Assembly: GCA_035480415.1 (NCBI GenBank)
Contig: DATIHT010000015.1
Coordinates: forward strand, 1-48,224
Length of the DNA stretch: 48,224 nt
From: Candidatus Saccharimonadales bacterium
Lineage (GTDB): Bacteria > Patescibacteriota > Microgenomatia > Curtissbacterales > GWA2-41-24
Direction of reading: 5' to 3'
Shown here: positions 35,162-43,460 of the stretch, piece by piece
How the letters are laid out: every line of letters starts with the position of its first letter
How positions within the stretch are numbered: the stretch's first letter is position 1
Program-made: the position numbers and the translations under genes
The notes under the pieces: model-generated
What the model was told of the DNA's origin: nothing
The model's database searches: none
What the model saw: the letters and a program-made list of their open reading frames with translations, nothing else

Positions 35162-37349
35162 TTTTTCTCCTCATTTTTATACCAACTATGATCATCGCCG
35201 TTCCGAAAATGAGAACTAGCGCTGCGAGTATTGTCCATATTGTTGATGCGCCTGTTCCCGGCAGACTCGTTGATGCACCGAGAACTTGACTTGTTGATGC
35301 GCCTAACACATTGTTTTGAATATTCACGGAAGCGCTATTCTGACTACTCGTGACAACATTTGCTTCAGTTCCCACAAAGTTTGTGTCCAAAACACCTGGC
35401 GCTACTGCCTGTGCCAGAACAGTCGATGAATCCGGGGCTGTTCCCTGTCCCCATGCCACATCTTTGTAAAGACCAGGTTGTTGGTTGGCGTTTACAGATG
35501 CAAGAAGAGTCAAAACTACGACATCTCCGACATTCAACCCACCAAGTGACCAAGTTCCTGGCGATGCATATGTTGGTTCGGAAACAGGGAAGTCACTTCC
35601 ATTTTTTGTTGCTGACCAAGAACCGGATTGATATTTAATTCCTTCTGGAAGAAGATCAACTACCTTTACGTCTGTTGCTGAATTGTCTTCAACGGTTAAG
35701 GTGATTGTGTAGGTAATAGCATCCCCTGGCGCAACTGTTGTTCCCAGCTTATTGTTGGTTTTGGAAATGGTAATTTCGGGTGCGATATGACGGTTTCCAA
35801 AATTAATATTATCCACAGATGTTTCATTTTCCCCAAATGTTACTTGATGACACAAAACACCATCCTGAACGTTTTTGGGATAGGTTTGTTCCCATCCATC
35901 TTGCATGACTTCGCAAATAGTATATGTGCCTGGATTAATAACTAAGGTGTAATTACCATTTTCATCTGTTGTTGCTGACGGTTCTCCCTGATCAAATTCT
36001 CCATTTTGGTTAAGGTCGACAAATATTGTCCAATTGGCAAGACCAGCTTCACAAATGAAGGGTAAATCGCCAACGACTGGGATGTCGTCAAGAGAGATGT
36101 GTGTCAGTGGGATTTCAAAGTCTGATATACACCTTTGGCCATTACCGTTTACGTCGTTCCATTTATATCCATTGACAGTACCTTTTTGTTTATTTGTGCA
36201 AGTAACAGTTACAGTGTCTCCGCTGTCTAGTGTCACTTGTTCTCCTGACTCTACCGGAGTACCGACGCTTTCGTTGTCGTATTGAGCAGTACAGCCGTCA
36301 AATGAATAGTTGTTGCTGCCTAAAACTTCATTAACGTTGTATGTTCCGGGATCGACTGTGATTGGGTCTGTAGATTGGCCATCGGTTAGCGAAAACGAAC
36401 CGCCACTAATAATCTCTTCACTTTGGCGAATATTAAAATCGAACTGTGTACTTGTATCCTCAACATCACCTCCGGTTGGATTGACTACTTCTTTTGTAAC
36501 TACTATGTGCGCTTTTTGATAATTACCAAAATCGGCAGTGTAAGACCCGGCTTCTGTAATTACTACGGTTTGGCAGTTTGTTTTTGGCTGACTTACGTTC
36601 CAACCATCTTGTTGGACTTCACAGATTGTATAGGTTCCTGGTGATAGGTTGGTAAATGAATAACCGTTTCCACTTGTAATAGTTGATGTTTCACCTTGGT
36701 CTAAAGTACCGTTACCATTTGAGTCTATAAAAATAGTCCAACCGGAAAGATTTTCTTCGCCATCATTTTTTTCACCGTTGGCATTTTCATCTAAAAACTT
36801 GACACCTGTTATCGTGCTTCCACTATTGCCGCCCCTTGGACTCGGCGACGCTGAAGGAGAATTGCTTGGATTATTAGAAGGTGAAGGATTGGGGCTTGGA
36901 ATGTTGCATTGATTATTCCAAATATCCTGTCCTTCCGGCCAATTTAAGCCTGGATAATTGAAATCCCCACTAATGTAGGGCGGAATAATATCTCCCCAAT
37001 TGTCGGCAGGGTATAGAGGCCCCGTATGGTTTAGGTGGCCACCAGTTAGTGATCCGTCATTTTTAATGTTTGGAGATTCCTGAACATACGGATTTGAATT
37101 TGAAGCGGTTGCGTGACAAATTGTTACTGAATCTGAGTCTGGTGATGGACTCACAGATGGCGATGGGGAACTCGGATTGTCGGATGGTGAAGGACTTTCA
37201 CTCGGTTGGTCTGAAGGTGATGGGCTGGGTGCAGCTTGTGCTAACACCTTTCCAGCCGGAGCCAGAAGTTGAAATACCATTAGAAAACAAGCCAGGATGG
37301 GCAAAAAGTTTTTTGGCATGCGCGTTAAAAACCGCGTTTTAATTTTCAT
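35154..37349 (-). CDS. LPXTG-anchored adhesin-like surface protein (Cys/His N-module, SdrD-B-like repeats, DUF11-like domain)
   Basis: LPGTG (35264->35250), a hydrophobic stretch and an RRK tail. Two repeats carry D-x-N-x-NG-x-x-D-x-GE calcium loops and GTYTICEV(Q/M)QDGW (SdrD B-like). ITYTITLTVEDNSATDVKVVDLLPEG is DUF11-like. Ser/Pro-rich linkers. ATG 37349. Confidence 0.8.
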   Translation of the reverse strand: MKIKTRFLTRMPKNFLPILACFLMVFQLLAPAGKVLAQAAPSPSPSDQPSESPSPSDNPSSPSPSVSPSPDSDSVTICHATASNSNPYVQESPNIKNDGSLTGGHLNHTGPLYPADNWGDIIPPYISGDFNYPGLNWPEGQDIWNNQCNIPSPNPSPSNNPSNSPSASPSPRGGNSGSTITGVKFLDENANGEKNDGEENLSGWTIFIDSNGNGTLDQGETSTITSGNGYSFTNLSPGTYTICEVQQDGWNVSQPKTNCQTVVITEAGSYTADFGNYQKAHIVVTKEVVNPTGGDVEDTSTQFDFNIRQSEEIISGGSFSLTDGQSTDPITVDPGTYNVNEVLGSNNYSFDGCTAQYDNESVGTPVESGEQVTLDSGDTVTVTCTNKQKGTVNGYKWNDVNGNGQRCISDFEIPLTHISLDDIPVVGDLPFICEAGLANWTIFVDLNQNGEFDQGEPSATTDENGNYTLVINPGTYTICEVMQDGWEQTYPKNVQDGVLCHQVTFGENETSVDNINFGNRHIAPEITISKTNNKLGTTVAPGDAITYTITLTVEDNSATDVKVVDLLPEGIKYQSGSWSATKNGSDFPVSEPTYASPGTWSLGGLNVGDVVVLTLLASVNANQQPGLYKDVAWGQGTAPDSSTVLAQAVAPGVLDTNFVGTEANVVTSSQNSASVNIQNNVLGASTSQVLGASTSLPGTGASTIWTILAALVLIFGTAMIIVGIKMRRKNV

Positions 37350-37390
37350 CAATTTAGTTGCAGGCTAAAGCAGAATTAGAGGTGTAATTC

Positions 37391-37419
37391 TATTATTAGT
37401 AAATGGGAACAAAAGTCAA
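37391..37419 (-). promoter_or_regulatory. Sigma70-like promoter TTGACT-N17-ATAATA upstream of the LPXTG gene
   Basis: Minus strand: TTGACT (37419-37414), a 17-nt spacer, ATAATA (37396-37391). Confidence 0.4.
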
Positions 37420-37447
37420 GTAATAGGAATGGGCAAGATGAAGAAAT

Positions 37448-38377
37448 TTAGTTAGAGTTCCAGGCTACATTGAAAGAGCTTCCGCCATTTGAAAGATCGG
37501 ACGGGGTCGCTTTGGGGGTACCAGATTCGTTAGTCATAGTTATCTTATCATTTTGCCAAGTTGAATCGTTGATTGATCCAGTGTGCCCATTGATCGTGGC
37601 ATTGGCATTGCTGAATGATATCGTACCAAAGTTTGAAAGTGGCAAAACGCCGCCAGACCATGGTGCTTCCATTATCCATTCTGCAGATTGGCGTTGGGCT
37701 TTGGCTTTCTGATTAGTTATAAAAGTTTGGCCAGTTGTGGTGTTAGTTAAAGTTAGGCGAAATTGATTATTGGCAACGTATTTGACCTCTGCGCTGATAT
37801 TGTCCCCTGCCTTAACTGGTAAATTTACTCTAAAACTTGGTTTTGGATAAATCTCGTACCAAGCTGAATAGACGGGTTTTCCGCCAATGCAGTCGTGTTC
37901 CGTACCTGTCTGCTCGACGGAGTTATCACTATATCCATCTATACCAACCCATGCGGAGGAATAAGTATTTGTACTTGTACATGTGACAGCAGGGACAACC
38001 CAACTTCCTTTAACGTCGCTAATTGCATTATTTTGCGGGCTGGAAAGACTGGTCTGCGCGGCGTAACCTGACCAGTTGGTAGAAGTGCCATTTTTCAGCC
38101 GGATTCTTGGAGCAAAACTTTTTACTTCTGTATCGTTTTGGTTAAGCTCGGGGTCGATTGCCCCGTCTACGTCAGTGTTGTCTAAGTCCTTTTGCGCATT
38201 TGTTAAGTCGCTGTCACTTTTTATTGACTGGTCTGCTGTGTTACTTTGGGCTGGTAAATTGGGGTGTGATAGGAGATTGGCGTTTTTGTTTTTTAGAAGG
38301 AGAAAACCTGCAACTGCAAGAATGGCAATGACTATTAATATAACAATTAAGGCTGATCCCTTTTGAATTTGTTTCAT
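37448..38377 (-). CDS. Glutamic peptidase, family G1 (eqolisin / Peptidase_A4 fold), membrane-anchored or secreted
   Basis: NWSGYAA..., SAWVGIDGYSDNSVEQTG (catalytic Gln context) and SAEWIMEAP (catalytic Glu context) match scytalidoglutamic-peptidase family signatures. N-terminal hydrophobic segment. Confidence 0.75.
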   Translation of the reverse strand: MKQIQKGSALIVILIVIAILAVAGFLLLKNKNANLLSHPNLPAQSNTADQSIKSDSDLTNAQKDLDNTDVDGAIDPELNQNDTEVKSFAPRIRLKNGTSTNWSGYAAQTSLSSPQNNAISDVKGSWVVPAVTCTSTNTYSSAWVGIDGYSDNSVEQTGTEHDCIGGKPVYSAWYEIYPKPSFRVNLPVKAGDNISAEVKYVANNQFRLTLTNTTTGQTFITNQKAKAQRQSAEWIMEAPWSGGVLPLSNFGTISFSNANATINGHTGSINDSTWQNDKITMTNESGTPKATPSDLSNGGSSFNVAWNSN

Positions 38378-38380
38378 AGT

Positions 38381-38920
38381 TTATTGACTCGGCGACGCCT
38401 CCTGTGTGCTTGGTTTCTCTCCACTTTGTGAATGGACTGCGACAATGAGATTTCTAATTGAGGTTCGATAGTTTTTTAGAGCACTTTTGGTAAGCTGCAT
38501 ATCTTCTCTGAATTGTGTGAGCTGGGTTTTTGGATTGCCCGAACAGCTAAAATTATTTGCATCGTTTTGGGCTTTTGTCAAAGCAGTAGAAGCTGCGGTT
38601 TTCTTGGTTTGAATATCGGCAACTAATGCGTCGTAATTTGGAACAGTTTTGCCACCCGGAACTACCTTTGTAGTGTAATAATTTTCAACGCGATTTGCTA
38701 TTGCATCAAATTTTGTCTCCATGTTTTGTGCAAGCTGGGTTAGATGCATTGACCTGTTTTTAATGGCAGCTTCTTTTGCCTGACAGGAACGTAGGGCTCC
38801 TGATTGGGTAGATAGGTTTGGGTTTGCTACAGGATTATTGGGCTTATCGACTGCCAGAGCCGGTGCTGTGAAAAGAGAAAAAATCGTGAGTGCTGTGAAA
38901 ATATAATTAAGAATCTTCAT
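38381..38920 (-). CDS. Secreted alpha-helical hypothetical protein
   Basis: Signal peptide ...FTAPALA/VD. The remainder is helix-prone (Q/K/A/T-rich) with two Cys. No recognisable family. Confidence 0.6.
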   Translation of the reverse strand: MKILNYIFTALTIFSLFTAPALAVDKPNNPVANPNLSTQSGALRSCQAKEAAIKNRSMHLTQLAQNMETKFDAIANRVENYYTTKVVPGGKTVPNYDALVADIQTKKTAASTALTKAQNDANNFSCSGNPKTQLTQFREDMQLTKSALKNYRTSIRNLIVAVHSQSGEKPSTQEASPSQ

Positions 38921-38932
38921 TGGGTAAAATTA

Positions 38933-38960
38933 ATTATATCACGGGTTGCAATTTTGTAAA
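38933..38960 (-). promoter_or_regulatory. Sigma70-like promoter TTTACA-N16-TGaTATAAT (extended -10)
   Basis: Minus strand: TTTACA (38960-38955), a 16-nt spacer, TATAAT (38938-38933) preceded by TGa. Only 12 nt separate it from ATG 38920, so the leader is very short. Confidence 0.45.
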
Positions 38961-38975
38961 AATATGTTTTTGTGC

Positions 38976-39545
38976 TTAAGAAACTTTGGTCGCAATAATT
39001 ACAAATCTGGCAGAATCCAGAAATCCGCTGCAGGTGTAAAGTGTTAGCGTTGATTCTTTTGTGCTGTTGAGAATATCAACCTCGGAAGGGTCGATTTCTT
39101 TTCTTTGGGACACCTGATATTTTATATAGTTGCCATCGTGGGTTACTACGTATAGATAGTCGCCTTCATGGACTTTCCATAAACCGCCTAATATACCTGC
39201 AATATTGTGCCCGTAAATTACAGTGTTGCCATTGCCTGGCAGTGCCGAGTCTGTATAGTAAGAAACGCCGGTTTGAGATGTAACCCAGTGGTCACCACTT
39301 ACATAGCCGTCTGAAACCGGTAGAATTTCTGACATTTGAGGAATATAAATTCTGGTTGGCTTTTGAAGATTATCTTGAACTGTTTGAGTATTTTGGGTGA
39401 TAGATTTTGTATGCCAATCGACATTTCTTAGGGAGGAGAAGACCAGAATTGAGGCGCCAGCAGATATTAAAAGCAGGCTCGTTATTAATTTTAGTGGAAA
39501 ATTTAGGCTCTTTTGTTTTTTCTTAGAGCGCTTTGGGCTTGCCAT
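38976..39545 (-). CDS. Sortase (second copy), N-terminal membrane anchor
   Basis: VIYGHN (His), TLTLYTCSG (Cys) and SARFVI (Arg). Overlaps the upstream Ser/Pro-rich gene by 43 nt. Confidence 0.85.
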   Translation of the reverse strand: MASPKRSKKKQKSLNFPLKLITSLLLISAGASILVFSSLRNVDWHTKSITQNTQTVQDNLQKPTRIYIPQMSEILPVSDGYVSGDHWVTSQTGVSYYTDSALPGNGNTVIYGHNIAGILGGLWKVHEGDYLYVVTHDGNYIKYQVSQRKEIDPSEVDILNSTKESTLTLYTCSGFLDSARFVIIATKVS

Positions 39546-40168
39546 AAACCAGCGAGTATTGATCCGGAACCGATTAAGAAGTAAAGCGCAGAATCAGCAA
39601 CACCTGTTGCTCCCAGTACCTGTGGCGTCGGCTGGCTAGTATTGTTTGAGCTTCCACCTTCCGGGTGACAGTTTACGCTGCAACCAGAACTACCTCCACC
39701 GATTGCAGGAGGTGTTGAATCTGGTGTTGGTGATGGCGAAACAGAAGGGCTTGGAGACACTGACGGTGATGGGCTAACTCTTGGGCTTGGAGACACTGAC
39801 GGTGATGGGCTTGGCGAAGGTGCGCCTGGAATATTACAATTATTAGCTAATATAGCTTGGCCTTGGGGCCAATTCATACCAGGATAAACGAAGGCTCCAT
39901 TGGTGTAGGGAGGAATTATATCTCCCCAATTTGCAGCTGGAAATAAAGGTCCGGTGTGGTTTAAGTGGCCACCAGCTAGCGATCCGTCGTTTTGAATGTT
40001 TGGCGACTCTATTGTATATGGATTCGAGTTTGAGCTGGTAGCATGACAGATTGTGACTGATGGTGGCGGGGTTGCAAGCACTGACGATTTGAGGCCCAGA
40101 ACAGCAGAAAATACCAGGAATAGTCCTGTTAAGATGGGCAGGAAGAATTTGAAGTTCTTCCAATTCAT
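39503..40168 (-). CDS. Small surface protein: signal peptide, Cys/His N-module, (SPSPSV)n linker and an LGATG-type C-terminal tail
   Basis: The N-module VTICHATSSNSNPY...GGHLNHTG...NNCNIP is paralogous to residues 76-152 of the LPXTG protein. The C-terminus reads QVLGATG (39616->39602), then hydrophobic, then RKNKRA. Confidence 0.75.
   Translation of the reverse strand: MNWKNFKFFLPILTGLFLVFSAVLGLKSSVLATPPPSVTICHATSSNSNPYTIESPNIQNDGSLAGGHLNHTGPLFPAANWGDIIPPYTNGAFVYPGMNWPQGQAILANNCNIPGAPSPSPSPSVSPSPRVSPSPSVSPSPSVSPSPTPDSTPPAIGGGSSGCSVNCHPEGGSSNNTSQPTPQVLGATGVADSALYFLIGSGSILAGLWQAQSALRKNKRA
39747..39811. repeat. 36-nt-period tandem duplication (29 nt perfect) in the Ser/Pro linker coding region
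   Basis: gggcttggagacactgacggtgatgggct occurs at 39747-39775 and again at 39783-39811. Confidence 0.9.
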
Positions 40169-40246
40169 AATTTATGGCAGATATACTAAGGCAGTAGAAA
40201 GATATAATTAATTACTAATGAAGCAGTATAAAGATCTAGAGCGCGA

Positions 40247-40275
40247 ATGATATAGGAAAAGTTATGGGTTGTCAA
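40247..40275 (-). promoter_or_regulatory. Sigma70-like promoter TTGACA-N17-TATCAT heading the sortase island
   Basis: Minus strand: TTGACA (40275-40270), a 17-nt spacer, TATCAT (40252-40247). This leaves a ~75-nt leader before ATG 40168. Confidence 0.5.
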
Positions 40276-40295
40276 GTGGCCAAAATTAAGACTAA

Positions 40296-41489
40296 TTACT
40301 GTTTCAGCTTCCAAATTTCAGGGTCTTCGCCTCCTAATCTCCAAAAGCTAATCTTTTGGACATCGTAATTGCTTGCAATGTAGAGTATTCGAAGCACACT
40401 TGTCTTATCTGTAAACCAAACGGTGTGTTTGTCCAGCAACTGTCTGTAATTCCCTACTAATTCTTCGCTTGCAGTGTCGCGGACATAGGTTCCGCCGTTT
40501 TTTTGTATCCTATCAATTGCATCAGTAAATTGTACAGATTCTGTTTTACTTCCCCAATCGTATCCATATAAAGGAATACCTAATACTATTTTATTTGGTG
40601 GGATGACCTTAACGGCGTAGTCCAATACTGTTTCGAGATCATCAAGTGGTGTCAAAGACCCTGGATCAGACTGGTCATAGTGGAAATCGTACGCCATTAT
40701 TCTAACTTCATCTGCATATTTGCTTAATTCGGTCCAGTTTTCTCCTTTGGTATCACCAATTTTTACATCGTCTTCGGTTTTTGCCTGAACAGAAACAGAG
40801 AGTAGAAGATTATTCTTGTGAAGTTGCTCACTCAAATCTTTTATAAATTCTGTGAAAAGCAGTTCTTCGTCCTTGTTTTTTAATTCCCAGTCTATATCCC
40901 AACCAATAAAGCCTTGTTCGTTTGCAACATTAGTCAAATTATTTATAAACGCCTGCTGCAAAGATTTATTATTTAAGAGCAGAGACACTCTTTTTGGGTC
41001 AAATCCATCTTTTACATCTCCATTTTCGTTATTGATTGTTGGCAAAATAACAATTCCAGAATTAATAGCAACATCTTTAATTTTTTCTTTTTGCTTTGTT
41101 GGGTTTTCCTGTAAAGTTCCATTCGGTCCCAAGACGTACCATACAGGGGATATCATCTGCAGCGCTCCGTGCGAATTTTGCAAGGAAGTGATAACACGAT
41201 CTTCGTCCCACCATGGAACCCAAGCTGCAAAACGTTGATCTTTTACAAAATTGATGTCTGTGATTGGTTCTGTTTTTTCATCTTTGTGATTTTTTTGAGT
41301 AGATGTGTACGATTCTAACTTTTGCCTTTGACTATTTCCATATATGTATCGCGCTGAAAAAACACCTGTGAGTAAAAGGATTATTAGTACAATAATTATT
41401 GGCCTTTTTTTCAACCAGCTGATCACAATTACGGCAATATGTATTAGAAATACTATGCTCCCTACTGTGGGAATGGGTTGCTGTGACAT
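40296..41489 (-). CDS. Glycoside hydrolase family 18 (chitinase-like), N-terminal membrane anchor
   Basis: FIGWDIDWE contains the GH18 D-x-D-x-E catalytic motif. TIM-barrel-length domain after a TM segment (IIIVLIILLLTGVFSA). Confidence 0.8.
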   Translation of the reverse strand: MSQQPIPTVGSIVFLIHIAVIVISWLKKRPIIIVLIILLLTGVFSARYIYGNSQRQKLESYTSTQKNHKDEKTEPITDINFVKDQRFAAWVPWWDEDRVITSLQNSHGALQMISPVWYVLGPNGTLQENPTKQKEKIKDVAINSGIVILPTINNENGDVKDGFDPKRVSLLLNNKSLQQAFINNLTNVANEQGFIGWDIDWELKNKDEELLFTEFIKDLSEQLHKNNLLLSVSVQAKTEDDVKIGDTKGENWTELSKYADEVRIMAYDFHYDQSDPGSLTPLDDLETVLDYAVKVIPPNKIVLGIPLYGYDWGSKTESVQFTDAIDRIQKNGGTYVRDTASEELVGNYRQLLDKHTVWFTDKTSVLRILYIASNYDVQKISFWRLGGEDPEIWKLKQ

Positions 41490-41491
41490 TG

Positions 41492-42544
41492 TTAATACCT
41501 CGCTGCTTTATACCATGTCATTTTCAGATCGAACGATAGAACAACTTTCATAAAACAGTAGAGAAAAATAAGACTGCTGAGAAAACGTAGGAAGTAGAAA
41601 AACGGAATATATAGAAAAATGTGATAGATCTTATTCTTTATTCCAGTATAAATAACGGTAGGAATCATGAAAAGAAAAAAGTCTACTCCTGCCGGTATTG
41701 CAAGAATTAATGGATTAATTTTTAATACAAAAGGTATTAAAAATATTAAACTTGCAACAAGTATCCCATTGAACAATCCTTCCAGTGCAATAAGTCCTAC
41801 TTCGAAATCGAGCATTTGTCCTCCCCATGGAATGTTGTGTTTAATAAGACATTGCCAAAATCCTGTGTACCATCTATTTAATTGCTTTACATAATCTTTT
41901 ATGTAGGCCGGGTCTTGTGTAATTACCTTAGACTCACCGTTGTAGACTATTTTGCCTAACTTTTCTCTGTGGATAAGAAAAGTTAAATCCATGTCCTCCG
42001 TAAGTGTTCCTGTTGGAATCTGTATTTTTTTAAATATCTCTGATCTATAGACTGTGGAACATCCAGGGCAAATTATTACAGCGTCTTCGATAGACTGAGC
42101 ATGCTTGTGTATACTTTGTGCAATCTCATATTCCCATACACGATAAGTTGTAATCCAACGATGATTAACACCCATCACCTTTCCAACCACACAGGCGATT
42201 TGTTTTTTTGTATCTCTTTTGAGTATTGGCAAGGTGTTTTTTATGAAATCAACACTAATAACAGTATCAGCGTCGATTGGCATTATATAGTTGTATCTGT
42301 TGATAAGATTAAAATAATTAAATGCTGCTGACATAGCTTCGGCTTTGCCACCTCGTGTTGAAATAGTTATGACATTTTGCCCCAGTTCAACGATAGCTAT
42401 ATTCGGTGTATTGTCAGTTGATCCGTCGTCAACCACATACACATCTTTTTTAGATACTACTAACAAGGCAGCGTCGATAGTTTTTTGAATCACTTTTGCT
42501 TCATTATGTGCTGGAATTAATATTGCGATATTGCGTTTGCTCAT
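41492..42544 (-). CDS. Processive family-2 beta-glycan synthase (PgaC/IcaA/NodC/chitin-synthase-like)
   Basis: VVDDGSTDNT, PIDADT, TEDMDLT and QLNRW (the QxxRW processivity motif), plus about 3-4 C-terminal TM helices. No N-terminal TM. Confidence 0.8.
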   Translation of the reverse strand: MSKRNIAILIPAHNEAKVIQKTIDAALLVVSKKDVYVVDDGSTDNTPNIAIVELGQNVITISTRGGKAEAMSAAFNYFNLINRYNYIMPIDADTVISVDFIKNTLPILKRDTKKQIACVVGKVMGVNHRWITTYRVWEYEIAQSIHKHAQSIEDAVIICPGCSTVYRSEIFKKIQIPTGTLTEDMDLTFLIHREKLGKIVYNGESKVITQDPAYIKDYVKQLNRWYTGFWQCLIKHNIPWGGQMLDFEVGLIALEGLFNGILVASLIFLIPFVLKINPLILAIPAGVDFFLFMIPTVIYTGIKNKIYHIFLYIPFFYFLRFLSSLIFLYCFMKVVLSFDLKMTWYKAARY

Positions 42545-42550
42545 GAGTTG

Positions 42551-43459
42551 TTACTGGGTTGGAGTTATATTTTTTGTTAGATTAGAAGTAGTGGTATTTT
42601 TTGGTTTGTTATCAATTTTTAAAACTTGGTTTGGCAAAACTACTGGTAGTTGATCTTTTTCGATCTCTCCGAGAATATCGTGAAGCATTGATGGAGTAAT
42701 ACTATATTCAGTTCCACTACTGTCAATTTGATGAAACATTATAATTAACCATTTGTGCTGTTGCCTGGCTTGGTATATCCAGGATTGTACTGTTGAAAAT
42801 GGAACGTTAACTCTCATAGTTTGTACGACTAAGTTATATGGATCTTCTACTGGTATAGGGTTAAATCCTGGTTCAGACGTTCGGAAGGAGGAATAATATT
42901 TTTCTGCTGTTGTTTTCATCTGCAGGGAATCTACACCGCAAGGGCTGACAAAGTTATCCGAGCCCAACCCCATTCTCTTCAAATCATCCTTTGATCCGCC
43001 CAACTCTGATTCCAATGTCTGCTCATTTGCCTCAAACAATCTGCAGTTATGATTTCTCGTATGTGAGGTCATTTCCCATCCGTTTGTCTGTAGTTTTTTA
43101 ACCTGCGCTACACCCATGTACGGGTCATTTCCAATCAAGTTAGTGGGAACGGCAAGAGCAGCTTTGTATCCAAACTCTTCCAGTATGGGGTAGGCGGTTG
43201 TGTATTGAGAATTCCAACCGTCGTCAAACCATAATGTAACGAGGCCTGTGTTATTCCATGTATATTTTGCAATAGTTGGCGGTTTTTCGCCGGTTTGGGC
43301 CAGAGCGCCAGAGGCTATTGCTGTATTATTTTTTTCCGCGAGCCACGCGGGTGAACGAAATATACCAATAAGATAATTGGTTGTGAGCCAAACTATGATA
43401 ATTGGAAGCACTATCCACGTAAGTAGAAATTTCCTTTGTATATGAGAGTGTTTTGTCAT
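42551..43459 (-). CDS. Polysaccharide deacetylase (CE4, NodB homology domain), membrane-anchored
   Basis: LWFDDGW (motif 1) and SHTRNH (motif 2, H-S/T-x-x-H), with an N-terminal TM. Confidence 0.8.
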   Translation of the reverse strand: MTKHSHIQRKFLLTWIVLPIIIVWLTTNYLIGIFRSPAWLAEKNNTAIASGALAQTGEKPPTIAKYTWNNTGLVTLWFDDGWNSQYTTAYPILEEFGYKAALAVPTNLIGNDPYMGVAQVKKLQTNGWEMTSHTRNHNCRLFEANEQTLESELGGSKDDLKRMGLGSDNFVSPCGVDSLQMKTTAEKYYSSFRTSEPGFNPIPVEDPYNLVVQTMRVNVPFSTVQSWIYQARQQHKWLIIMFHQIDSSGTEYSITPSMLHDILGEIEKDQLPVVLPNQVLKIDNKPKNTTTSNLTKNITPTQ

Positions 43460-43460
43460 G

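Noticed and set aside
36800-37260. Repetitive Ser/Pro-coding DNA (also 39700-39830) as a CRISPR-like or satellite array
   Set aside because: The periodicity is codon-based and in-frame within long ORFs that have signal peptides and sorting signals. There is no repeat-spacer architecture and there are no cas genes.
40852-41238. Long antisense or alternate-frame ORFs: 40852..41238(+), 47812..48195(+), 6674..7042(+), 8867..9178(+), 14630..14938(+), 39843..40163(-), 4011..4247(-) and many of 60-100 aa
   Set aside because: Each is fully nested in a longer ORF that has recognisable family motifs. Their translations are low-complexity, and several start at non-ATG codons. This is typical of shadow ORFs, and I see no independent SD or promoter evidence.
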